Below are positions 31,785 to 41,656 of a stretch of 64,000 bases of DNA, piece after piece; the first letter of the stretch is position 1; every line of letters starts with the position of its first letter. The position numbers and the translations under genes are program-made. Below the pieces are notes generated by a model, which was not told the origin of the DNA, searched no databases, and saw only the letters and a list, made by a program, of their open reading frames with translations. The DNA is taken from positions 930,001 through 994,000 of the forward strand of contig CP060755.1 in the NCBI GenBank assembly GCA_023205875.1. The letters run 5' to 3'. Source of the stretch: Chloropicon primus (taxonomy: Eukaryota).

Positions 31785-33251
31785 TCAGCTCGAGATTGGG
31801 CGAGGCACGTTCTCGGGGAACTGCCCAGCGTAGTTTCCAGGGGGGTCGTACTGGCAGATGTACAGGGGGCTCGGCACGCCCCTGCAGTGGTCCAGAGGCA
31901 TGATCACGCAGCCGATGTTCTTGGTTTTCTTCCACACGACTTGAGTGAAGTGGCCCGTGCTCATTCCGAACCCGGGGTTGTTGTAGTCGTACAAGGGCTC
32001 CTCCTTGTCGTACCAGCCTTGCATGGCGGCCTCCTCGCTGCGGTGACCCCAAGCGAGGTTCTCGCCGTAGCCGTTCCTCTGCTCGAAGGTGCTGTGCCTG
32101 ACGTTGCAGTCGGACGCGATGACCTCCGCCCACTTCCTGGCGGACTCCTCGACGGCGCTGGACCAGCCCACGCTTCCCGTTCCGTGCTTGGCCCTGGCGG
32201 CGTTGTGGAGCCCGACAAACTTCTTGGCGCCCGTGGCGTCGCCGATCAGGCACTGGGTTCCGTCCTCGGAGAGGATGAGCCCCTCCAAGCAGGTCGTGCA
32301 CGTGGCTGCCTCCTGGACGGCGCAGCCCTCGATCGCGATGCTGCACAAGGCGCCCCCGTTGGTCGGGATGTACCCCTCCTCGCAAGTGACGCAAGCCTCT
32401 CCCTCCTGGACCTGGCAGAACTCGATGGCGGCCTGAGCAGGCTCGCAGGCGGTGCCGTCCTCGTTGGGGACGAAGCCCTCGTCGCAGGCCAGGGGCGGCT
32501 CCTCGGCCACGGGCTCGCAGGCGGTGCCGTCCTCGCTGGGGGCGAATCCCTCGTCGCAGGCCAGGGGCGGCTCCTCGGTCACGGGCGGCTCCTCGGTCAC
32601 GGGCGGCTCCTCGGTGGCATCGTCGCCGCCGTCCACCGGATCCTCGGTGACTGGCTGATCGCCCTGCCCCCTGGCTGCCCTGCGGGCCTCCAGTTCCGCT
32701 CTCCTCGCCGCAATCTTGGCCTTAATCTCCGCTCTCCTGGCCTCGATGTTCGAGCTGTTGAGCGAGAAGCGGTTGGCGCGGCTGGCAACCTTGGCCTCGG
32801 CGTCGTCGAGGGCCTTCTCCACGAGCTGGATCTCCTGCACGGTGACCTCGTCGTTGTAGACCTTCTCCAGGAACTGGTCCACGACGCTCGTGCGAGACGA
32901 CCTGATGACCCTGCTCTTCCTCAGGTTCCTCCCAAAGTACTTCTTGGTCTCCGCGTCGAGGGCCCGGAGCTCCGCCTTCAGGGCGGAGGGCGGGGCCACG
33001 TAGCTGGCGACCGCCTCGTCGGCCTTGACCTCATCCTTGTCGTAGGTCTCGGTCTCCTCGGTGCACACGCCGTCCCTGCAGGTCTTCGTAACGACCGTGC
33101 AGGCGTTACCGTTGCAAGACGAGGACTGCGAGGTCGAGAAGCCCGTAACGGACTTGGACGTGATCTGGATGTCCTCCAGGCCGTTGCCGATCGCCGCGCC
33201 AGACAAGGCGAGCATCACCGCCATCGAGATCGCTGCAGTTGTTCTCTTCAT
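31785..33251 (-). CDS. Secreted CAP/SCP/PR-1 protein 2: signal peptide, 4-Cys module, helical Arg/Ala segment, Cys repeats, CAP domain
   Basis: Same CAP signatures; the 3' ~600 nt are nearly identical to CAP1; first ATG at 33251. Confidence 0.92.
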   Translation of the reverse strand: MKRTTAAISMAVMLALSGAAIGNGLEDIQITSKSVTGFSTSQSSSCNGNACTVVTKTCRDGVCTEETETYDKDEVKADEAVASYVAPPSALKAELRALDAETKKYFGRNLRKSRVIRSSRTSVVDQFLEKVYNDEVTVQEIQLVEKALDDAEAKVASRANRFSLNSSNIEARRAEIKAKIAARRAELEARRAARGQGDQPVTEDPVDGGDDATEEPPVTEEPPVTEEPPLACDEGFAPSEDGTACEPVAEEPPLACDEGFVPNEDGTACEPAQAAIEFCQVQEGEACVTCEEGYIPTNGGALCSIAIEGCAVQEAATCTTCLEGLILSEDGTQCLIGDATGAKKFVGLHNAARAKHGTGSVGWSSAVEESARKWAEVIASDCNVRHSTFEQRNGYGENLAWGHRSEEAAMQGWYDKEEPLYDYNNPGFGMSTGHFTQVVWKKTKNIGCVIMPLDHCRGVPSPLYICQYDPPGNYAGQFPENVPRPISS

Positions 33252-34007
33252 CTTCACTTCACTTCACTTCAAAGGTGGTGGTGTTCTTGTTCTTCTCGTT
33301 GCTTGCGAGGAGGAAGAGGACTGGTGTTGTTGTCGTGGTCTTCGTCGAATGCTGTTGCTTTCGTCCTTGACCGCCGAGGTGCAGCGAATTGTGTCGGACC
33401 GAAGCCAAGCGCTCGGCACACCCCACCTTTGACCAAGACACGATCGATCGATCGGAGTTTGATGGAATTATCATGAATTTTGATCGTCGGCGAGAGACGA
33501 AGCGGAAATGTTAATCTCGAATGACTCTACTGGTAAAGGCTTGTGAATCGCTCGGAAATGTTGACGTCCCGGAAAATAGTTCGGTCTCTCGCCAAATCCA
33601 GTCCTCATCGATTGCTCGATTGGGGCAGATTCATTCCGTCATTGAGAAGCGCGGTTGTAACCGACATAGACTGGACATGGAGCACCACAACTTTGGCTTC
33701 TTCCCCTTGAGCGACGCGAGCAAGAGGAAGAGGAAGAACGCGATCGAGGCAATGAAAGGCAGCAGCGCGAGGTCCCTTTTGTTCTCCCCTGCAGCCTTGT
33801 CCCTCGCCACGGCGGCTTGGAACCAAATCCGGCACCACGGCGTGGCGATGAGCCTGCCTCAGCTCTGCGGCGACGGGATGGAGTGGTGGGCTTGACCTCT
33901 GAGAGAGAAGGGGGGGCTCTCTGTGCCATCCCCTTGCGGCTGGTGGCATCGTTTGCGGCTCTAAAACAACTTTTTATATAAAAAAACGAAATCGATCTCT
34001 TTTTGAT

Positions 34008-34032
34008 ATCGATCGATCGATCGATCGATCGA
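34008..34032. repeat. (GATC)n palindromic tetranucleotide repeat in the CAP3 3' UTR
   Basis: atcgatcgatcgatcgatcgatcga; a shorter copy lies at about 33441-33453. Confidence 0.85.
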
Positions 34033-34052
34033 AAGCCTTGCCTCTCCTTGAT

Positions 34053-35720
34053 CTAGTTTGCGACGGGAGGAGGCACGTTCTCCTCGAACTGGCCCCTGTA
34101 GTTTCCAGGGGGGTCGTACTGGCAGACGTACAGGGGGCTCGGCACGCCCTTGCACCCGTCCAGAGGCACGGTGACGCAGCCGATCTTCTTGGTGTCCTTC
34201 CACACGACTTGAGTGAAGTGGCCCGTGCTCCCCGCGAACCCGGGGTTGTCGTAGTCGTACTTCCTCTCCTCGTCGTCGTACCAGGCTTTCATGGCGGCCT
34301 CCTCGCTGCGGTGACCCCAAGCGAGGTTCTCACCGTAGCCGTTCCTCTGCTTGAAGGAGCTGTGCCTGACGTTGCAGTCGGACGCGATGACCTCCGCCCA
34401 CTTCCTGGCGGACTCCTCGACGTCGCTGGACCAGCCCACGCTTCCCGTTCCGTGAATCCTCCTGGCGGCATTGTGGAGCCCCAGGAACTTCTTGGCGCCC
34501 GAAACTTGCGAGAGGATGCACTGGGATCCGTCTTCCACGAGAAGGTACCCCTCAAAGCACGCCGTGCACAAGCCGTTCTCCTGGACCTCGCAGAACTCGA
34601 TTCCACAAGCCGTGCCCTCGTTGGTCGGGACGTACCCGTCCAAGCAGGTCGTGCACGTGGCTGCCTCCTGGACCTCGCAGAACTCGATCGCGATGCTGCA
34701 CAAGGCGCCTTCGTTGGTCGGGATGTACCCGTCCAAGCAGGTCGTGCATGTGACTGCCTCCTGGACCTTGCAGAACTCGATCGCGATGCTGCACAAGGCG
34801 CCCCCATTGGTCGGGACGTACCCCTCCTGGCAGCTGGTGCACGTGGCTGCCTCCTGGACCTCGCAAAACTCGATGGCGGCCTGAGCGAGCACGCACGCCG
34901 AGCCATCCTCGGCGACCTCGTACCCCTGCTGGCAGCTGGTGCAAGCGTCTCCCTCCTGGGTCTCGCAGAACTCGATGGCAGCAGGGGCTTTGGCGAGCAC
35001 GCACGCCGAGCCTTCCTCGGCGACCTCGTACCCCTGCTGGCAGCTGGTGCAAGCGTCTCCCTCCTGGGTCTCGCAGAATGTGATCTGCTCGAGAGGCTCG
35101 GGAGACTCACCGCCCACCACCGGCTCCCCCCCCACCGAATCCTCGCCGCGCTCCACCTCAACGACGTCGTCGTCGGAGTCGCCGGTATCGGCCGCCCCGT
35201 CGAGCCTCCTGCTCAATTGCTCTTGTCTCGCGGTGCGACGTGCGAGGATGCTCTCCACGATCTCCCTCGCCCTGCTCGACCTCGATGAACCCCTCGCGAC
35301 ACGCTCCTCCTCCTTCTCCTCTTCACGGGACGATGACGGCGACGACGAAGGGGGGGTCGTGTCCTCCCCCGTCTCTCCGACCGTTACCTGCGAGGGCTCC
35401 GCCTCCGCGGCTTCCTCTTGGGGTGCGGCTTCCTCTTGGGGTGCGCCCTTGGTGTAGGTCTCGACGGTCTCGGTGCACCCCTCGCCGCTCCGGCACACAG
35501 TCGTGGTCACGGTGCAGAGGCCGCTCCTGCATTTCGTCTTCGTCGTCTTGGTGTGAGCCCTCGTTCCTCCCCTCCCGCTCCTGCTGCTCGCGGAGGAGCT
35601 GGAAGAGGCTGCACTGTGAGAATCAGCTTCGACGACGGCGAGGAAGCACGACCCGAGCACGAGGAGCGCAATGGCGATGGCCGTTGCAACGACGATCGAT
35701 CTTCTTCTTGTCGTCGTCAT
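34053..35720 (-). CDS. Secreted CAP/SCP/PR-1 protein 3: signal peptide, 4-Cys module, 6 Cys-rich repeats, CAP domain
   Basis: CAP signatures; ATG 35720 precedes the hydrophobic signal IVVATAIAIALLVLGSCFLAVVEA. Confidence 0.92.
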   Translation of the reverse strand: MTTTRRRSIVVATAIAIALLVLGSCFLAVVEADSHSAASSSSSASSRSGRGGTRAHTKTTKTKCRSGLCTVTTTVCRSGEGCTETVETYTKGAPQEEAAPQEEAAEAEPSQVTVGETGEDTTPPSSSPSSSREEEKEEERVARGSSRSSRAREIVESILARRTARQEQLSRRLDGAADTGDSDDDVVEVERGEDSVGGEPVVGGESPEPLEQITFCETQEGDACTSCQQGYEVAEEGSACVLAKAPAAIEFCETQEGDACTSCQQGYEVAEDGSACVLAQAAIEFCEVQEAATCTSCQEGYVPTNGGALCSIAIEFCKVQEAVTCTTCLDGYIPTNEGALCSIAIEFCEVQEAATCTTCLDGYVPTNEGTACGIEFCEVQENGLCTACFEGYLLVEDGSQCILSQVSGAKKFLGLHNAARRIHGTGSVGWSSDVEESARKWAEVIASDCNVRHSSFKQRNGYGENLAWGHRSEEAAMKAWYDDEERKYDYDNPGFAGSTGHFTQVVWKDTKKIGCVTVPLDGCKGVPSPLYVCQYDPPGNYRGQFEENVPPPVAN

Positions 35721-36336
35721 GTCGCCTTCCGTGCGGTGCGTGGTGATGCAAAGGTGTGGGGTGCCGTGTCGGTGTGAGCGAGCGGCGGCTCCTTCAGGTG
35801 ATGTGATGCAAAGTGTGGTGTGCGGGGGGCAGGTTGGTCGCCGCGGTTCGTCGGGACAACTGAGGCAAACCCTGCCCCACCAGCAGCCTATATCCCACCT
35901 AATGTACGGTTGCAAAGCTCGTGGATGCCGAGACCGACGCCTCACATTGGACTCTTGGTCTGATGCCTCACCAGGGAGGAAATTCCTTAACGTGCGTACT
36001 CAACTAATTCTCGCTTTTTTTGAAATCAACCATCAAATTTTGTTGCAACGCAGCAGGTTCAAAAGGGGGGTGCTTGGCGCCAAAAGGGAGAAGCCCAGGA
36101 AGAGAGGGAAGAGGAAGAGGGCCAACGATTGTGTTTTCCACGTCTTTGTTTTTTGAGCTCGTGACGCCTCCATATAAAAGCTTGTTTTCTTTCTTTCTAA
36201 TCGCCTAAAATTATCTTGGTGGGTGGATGTCCCACAATGCAAAGGTTCCTTCCTTCCTTCCTACGACGACGACGACGACGATATATAGAGAGAGTATGTA
36301 TCTGGCTCGTCGTCGTCCGTCAACGATCATCGATCA

Positions 36337-37326
36337 TCAAAGCCTGATTCCCTCCGGCGGGACGAAGTGCGCTCCCAGCTCGCTCAGCTTGGCGTGGGCC
36401 GCGGCGTAGGCGACGAAGAAGGCCTCCTGATCCCGCGCGAACTCGTGGCAGTGGGGGCTGAATCCCTCGTCCTCGAGCAGGACCGCGTCCGTGGACATCC
36501 GAAAGAGGTCCTCGTCCTCCTTCCCCTGGCTCGCGTCGACCAGGACCTTGAAGTACGAGTTGTCGAAGGTGAGCCAGCTCTTGGTCCAGGACATCCCCCC
36601 GGGTCTCCCCGGCCCTTGGTCGGTGTACTTGGTCGCGTCCTTGCTCGGCAGGCCCGACCTTTCCTTGTAGGCGCGACCGATGGTGTGGGCCCCGGAGAGT
36701 GCCACGACGTCCCTATCGTCGAACCCCATTCTCGAGAACACGCGTCTCAGGTGTGCCGCCGCGGAGGCGTCCTCGGAGACCTCGCCGGGGCACGGTCCAT
36801 CCGCTTGGTGGAACGGCGCCTCCCCGTCCGGCAACCTTCCTTCCGGCGGCACGGCCTCGTCGCTCGCGGCGTCAACGCGGCCGTACCTCATGGGGATTTT
36901 GGGCCCCCCGCTGACCTCGATCGAGGCCGCGGACGCCATCTGAATCAAGTCCGCGTGCGAGACGTCCGCGTACCTCTCCTTGAGCGGTGCAAGGAGTTCC
37001 AACGCGCTTCCGAGGCCAGCGTTCGCGGCGTGGTCGAGCTCCTTCTCGAAGCGGATGCTCCCGACGCTTCCCCCGTCGCCCTCGTACCTGTCGTAATTCC
37101 CGCACTCGTGCCACGCCAGCCTGACCATGATTGGCGCGCAGTTCTTCTCCCTCACCAGGCTCTTGCAGTCCTCGAAGCACCGCCTGAGCGAGTCCCGGGC
37201 CTGGGACTTCATCCTTCCCGTCGCGAGTCTCCTTGGTTTCCTCCTTGACTCCCGGCCGGCAACTCCCCTCAGAGCCGACGACGACGACGACGACCCTGCC
37301 CCTACCCCTGCTGCTGGCAAACCCAT
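36337..37326 (-). CDS. APX: Ascorbate peroxidase (class I haem peroxidase), probably plastid/organellar soluble type
   Basis: Distal motif APIMVRLAWH, proximal His in ALSGAHTIGRA, organellar-type segment TKYTDQGPGRPGGMSWT and FDNSYF; S/R-rich leader. Confidence 0.92.
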   Translation of the reverse strand: MGLPAAGVGAGSSSSSSALRGVAGRESRRKPRRLATGRMKSQARDSLRRCFEDCKSLVREKNCAPIMVRLAWHECGNYDRYEGDGGSVGSIRFEKELDHAANAGLGSALELLAPLKERYADVSHADLIQMASAASIEVSGGPKIPMRYGRVDAASDEAVPPEGRLPDGEAPFHQADGPCPGEVSEDASAAAHLRRVFSRMGFDDRDVVALSGAHTIGRAYKERSGLPSKDATKYTDQGPGRPGGMSWTKSWLTFDNSYFKVLVDASQGKEDEDLFRMSTDAVLLEDEGFSPHCHEFARDQEAFFVAYAAAHAKLSELGAHFVPPEGIRL

Positions 37327-37749
37327 GTGCGAGCGGTCTCTCCCTCTCCCTCCCTCCCTCTCCTCTCTCTCTGGCTGGGGTGCGCGACCGTTACGAAGCA
37401 CCCCTTCATTTCTGAAACGGCCCCAGCTTGCTGCTGTTGCTGCTTGGAGAGCAAGCAAGCTTTGCTTCCTCCGCTTTGGTTTCGCACCGTGGAAGTGCAA
37501 GGCCGACCCGGGATCGTCACACACACACACAGACAGAGAGAGAGAGAGGCAAGGCAAGGCAAGGCGGGGAACGAAAGAGTCTCTGGTGGTCCGGGGACGC
37601 GCTCGCGGCGGCGGTGTGTGTGCTTGGGGAAGGATAGATGGATTACAAAACGAACAAAACAAAAAAGAAAGAAAGGAATCGAGAAGCCGCTCCTTGCCCT
37701 CCTGGAATCGCTTGCGTTCTGGAGGTCTGCTCGGCTCGGACTGCTCCTC

Positions 37750-38067
37750 TCACAGCCCGATGGACGTGCCGATGTCGCCGAAAGAGGCTTGCAGGAAGTC
37801 GAAGCTGTCGTCGAAGAAGTCGCCGACGTAGTCGCCCAGGAAGCCGTAACTAACGCGGTCGATGAACTGGCGGGTGACAGCCGCCGTGAGTCGGAACGGA
37901 TTGATCGTCTCGTAGGCCGGAAGGCGCAACCAGGGCTGCTGCAGCTGCAGAAGCTTGCGGTTCGAGAGGCTCTGCTCCTCCGCGGCCGAGGCGCAGGACA
38001 GGAGGCCGAGGAGGAGGACGGCACCCGCCAGCAGCAACGTCTGCGTCTTTCTTCGGGGGGCACTCAT
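37750..38067 (-). CDS. Small secreted prepropeptide-like protein P1 (105 aa, RKLLQ motif)
   Basis: Signal peptide LLLAGAVLLLGLLSCASA, then NRKLLQ; GC3-rich codons; TGTAA about 100 nt after the stop. Confidence 0.75.
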   Translation of the reverse strand: MSAPRRKTQTLLLAGAVLLLGLLSCASAAEEQSLSNRKLLQLQQPWLRLPAYETINPFRLTAAVTRQFIDRVSYGFLGDYVGDFFDDSFDFLQASFGDIGTSIGL

Positions 38068-38496
38068 CGCGTCGTTCTTCTTCTTCTTCTTCTCTCCGGT
38101 GGTCGCAAGGCCGTCGTCGTCGTCGTCGTCGTTCGTCGTCGTCGTCGTTGTTGTTCTTCTTCTTGAAGTGCTTGCGCGGGGGAACGTGTAACGGTCGCCG
38201 TGGCGTTGGCAAATTCTGAAAGAAAGGACGAGAGGGTACAAACATTGTGGTTTTCTTTCGACCCGTTCATGTTGTTTGTGATTCTCCTGTGGTCGAACTC
38301 CATCCATCCCCCATTCCCACCCCTGCGACCTCAATTCTCGGTTCCCAATTCCTCGACGGAGGAGCCGAAAATGCAGCAGAGGGGAAGGGATCCCGAGGAA
38401 ACGATCGAGCAAAGGGAGAGAAAGGGGGCGACTCGATCAAAACGGCAATGGTGGTGGCTTGGTTTATTCTTTTTTTTTTTCTTTTAGAAAATCGTT

Positions 38497-39436
38497 TCAC
38501 CTGGGCCTCGGGACGTTCTCGGCGAACGCGCCCATGACGTTCCCCGCCGGGGAGTATTGGCAAGTCCAAAGGTTTTGGCCGGGGCAGTTACCCCTCGCGC
38601 AGCCGACCTCCTGGGTGCCCTTCCACACGACTTGAGTGAAGTGGCCCGTGCCCATTCCGAACCCGGGGCTGTTGTAGTTGTACAGGGCGATCTCGTCGTA
38701 CCAGTCCTTGATGGCCTTCTCGATGTCTTGGTGGCCCCAGGCGAGGTTCTCGCCGTAGCCGGCGCCGAGGGAGTGGGCGAAGACGCAACGGTCCGCGTGG
38801 CTCTGGGCCGATCTCGCGACCTCGTCGCTCCAGGCGAGCAAAGGGACGCCGTGCTTCCTCCTGTACTCGTTGTGCTTGTCCAGGGCGCTCCGCTGCAGCG
38901 GCGACAAGAGGGGGTCGGTCTCGGGCTGGGTCGCGGCGGGCTGGGTCGCGGCGGGCTGGGTCGTGGTGGGCAGGGCCTCGGCGGCGGCGACGGGTCTCGG
39001 CCAAGTCTTCGTCTCCGTCCGGCACTGGCACCTCTTTTTCCACCACTCGACGCGGCACTTTGACTCCTGGCCGATGAGCTCGCCATGGTGGCGCCTGCAC
39101 CTCGCCATGCAGGGCGCTGGAGCGGGAGAGAGGAGCGAGCGCGGTGTGAGAAACCAAGTGCGAGGGATCCGCTCCATCGATCGTCGTCGAGAGGAGGGAG
39201 AGGGGGAGAGAGAGGGAGTGAGGGAGAGGGGGCTCACCTGCGCACGTCGTGTACTTTCCCCGACAATGCTTTGTCCAGCACGTTCTCTCGTAGACCGTCT
39301 CCCAACCCTTGGAGACCTTCCACCAACCGCCGCTCGTCCAATGGAAGTCACTCGCGGCCTGGCAGGCCAGCGCGGTGGCCACGACGGCCAGCGCAAGGAG
39401 TCGACAACACCTCAACACCCACGATGACGATCCCAT
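38497..39436 (-). CDS. Secreted CAP/SCP/PR-1 protein 4 with N-terminal Trp/Cys-rich domain; exons 39436-39238 and 39116-38497
   Basis: A phase-1 CAG|GTGAG...CCAG intron (121 nt) joins the signal-peptide exon to the CAP exon in frame (YGENLAW, GHFTQVVWK, CQYSPAGN). Confidence 0.88.
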
Positions 39437-39751
39437 GGCGCGCGTGCCCTCGTTCTCGTCTCGTAGCGCGGGACGCCACAAACCCAAACCCCGAAGAACA
39501 ATCTGCCCAAGGTTTTCCCTGATTTGCCCAAGAAGAATGGGCGTTACGGGTTTGCCATGCGAATCAGTATTCTTCCCGCACACATTGTCTCGGGGCTGAG
39601 TGCGTCGAACGACAGCGACAGCGACGACGACGACGACGCGCGCCGAAGGACGGACGTTGCGCTCTCTCTCTATCTTTCTCTCTCTCTCTCTCAATTCTCG
39701 CTTCTCTCTGGTTTAGAGACGCGAAGGACGACGACGACGACGACCGTGGGG

Positions 39752-41235
39752 ATGAGAACGAGGAGGAGGACGGAGATGATGCCAAGGGGAGGCGTGGCTC
39801 TTCTCGCAGCGATCGCGGTCGGCTTGATCCTGCTCCAATGCGTCGCGGCTTTGGACACGGTGCGCAACCAGCGCTTGGAAGCCTCGCTGAGGCAGAGCCA
39901 GGTTCGCGAGCGCATCGCCCGCAGGCGTGCCGAGGCGCAGGCCAGGAGGGAGAGGAGGAGGGAGGAGGTCGAGGCGAGGAAGCGGGAGGTGAGGAGGAAG
40001 CGGGAGGCGAGGAGGCACACTTGGCCCGATTGGGGGGAGTTCGAGGAGCCGCCCAGCGCTGGTGTACCGCAGAGTGAGCACATGGGCCTCGACTTGCACA
40101 ACGAGCTCAGGTCCCTTCACGGGGCCCCGGCCCTCGAGTGGAGCGACGCGGTGGCGGCATCCGCCCAGGAGTGGGCGGACAAGCTCGCCGCGGAAGGGTG
40201 CGATCTCGTGCACGACATGGACAGCGGGTACGGGGAGAACCTCGCCAAGGGGCACGAGAGCCTCGATCTTGCCATCCAGGACTGGTACGACGAGGTGCGC
40301 TGGTACAACCACAGGCGGGCCAGGTTCAGCGAGCGCACCGGTCACTACACCCAGCTCGTGTGGATGAATTCCGAGAACGTTGGGTGCGCCCAGGCCACGT
40401 GCCACGACGACAGGTTCGGAAGGAAGATCTTCGTGTGCCGTTACGACCCACCAGGCAACTTCCACGGCCACTTTGCCGAGAATGTTCTTCCACCCGCTGA
40501 TAGGTGGCGCCCAAGGCCACCGGCACCAAGGCCACCACCACCAGGGCCTCCACCACCAGGGCCTTCGCCACCACCGCCGCCACCAGGGCCTTCACCACCG
40601 CCACCACCTCCAGGGCCACCACCACCAGGGCCTCCACCACCGCCCCCACCTCCCCCCCCACCACCACCAGGGCCTCCACCACCGCCACCACCTCCCCGCC
40701 ACCGCCACCAGGGCCTCCACCACCGCCACCACCTCCACCGCCACCGCCACCGCCACCGCCACCACCTCCACCGCCACCCCCAGGGCCACCCAGCAGTAAC
40801 TTGGGTCTGCAGTTGCACAACACCCTCAGGAGCAACCATCCCAACACCCCACCCATGGTTTGGGACAACGCTCTCGCGGCACGTGCACAGGAGTGGGCAA
40901 ACCACCTCGCCAATAACAGGAACTGCAACTTGGAGCACAGCACCTACCAGTGGAGAAATAGCGCCGGAGAGAACCTTGCCTCGGGGTTCGGCAGCATGGA
41001 CCAAGCCGTCCAGGGTTGGTACGACGAAGTGTGCTTGTACAATCACGTGTCCGGTGGCTTCGGTACGAGCACGGGCCACTACACCCAAATGGTCTGGGCG
41101 GACACCACGAGGCTTGGCTGCGCCCAAGTGGTGAGGAGCGGATGCAGGATGTACGTCTGCCACTACGGTCCGGCTGGGAACTTTGCGGGCCAGTTCCAGC
41201 AGAACGTCCACGAGCCTTACAGCAAAAATTGTTGA
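39752..41235 (+). CDS. Secreted double-CAP protein 5 with polyproline (PPPG) linker; frame break near 40694-40697
   Basis: CAP domain 1 (GENLA, GHYTQLVW, CRYDPPGN) is in one frame and CAP domain 2 (GENLA, GHYTQMVW, CHYGPAGN) is in the -1 frame. The polyproline reading switches frame at cctccccgcc. Confidence 0.8.
40510..40792 (+). repeat. Degenerate CCA/CCG/CCT triplet repeat encoding PPPG/polyproline
   Basis: Directly visible repeated ccaccaccagggcct and ccaccg units. Confidence 0.9.
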
Positions 41236-41524
41236 TTTCCAATCAAGATCTTTCGACCGAAGGGAGATCCTATCCAATAAACCAAGAAACCTTTCCGACC
41301 CTGTTAGGAAGAACAAACTTCTACGACGCTATCTTTCTGAATGACTCTCTCTTTCAGGGGAAAGCATATGAAACCTGTGCGGAACCACGGGATCATATAT
41401 CAAGAACTTGAAGGCTCTCGCCTCGCGAGGCCAGTGGTCTCCAGCCCGGATGCCCGGGGGCTGGCTGAGCCAACTTGGCTCTCAGTGAGCAGCCTGGGTC
41501 GACTCAGAGACCCCCCTGGGCACC

Positions 41525-41590
41525 GGAACTTTGCGGACCCAGTCAAAGAGGAAGGTCCGCGAGCCTTACAGCAAAAATTGTTTGAATTAC
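41525..41590 (+). pseudogene. Degenerate duplicate of the last ~65 nt of the CAP5 gene
   Basis: ggaactttgcgg...gagccttacagcaaaaattgtt matches 41177-41240 with substitutions and indels. Confidence 0.75.
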
Positions 41591-41656
41591 AAGAAGAAGA
41601 CGTCTCGAAGAAGAGACGTTTGTCCGAACAGCAGCTCGCTGAGAGTCCGCCCCGTT

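Noticed and set aside
33521..33949. Short overlapping ORFs between CAP2 and CAP3
   Set aside because: No signal peptide, motif or clear codon bias; cannot be supported as a gene or pseudogene.
34518..35085. Regularly spaced repeats as a possible CRISPR array or transposon
   Set aside because: They are in-frame coding repeats of a eukaryotic gene, with no unique spacers, cas genes, transposase or terminal repeats.
40696..41134. His/Arg-rich C-terminal 'domain' of ORF 39524-41134
   Set aside because: It is the out-of-frame reading of the polyproline linker and second CAP domain after the frame break.
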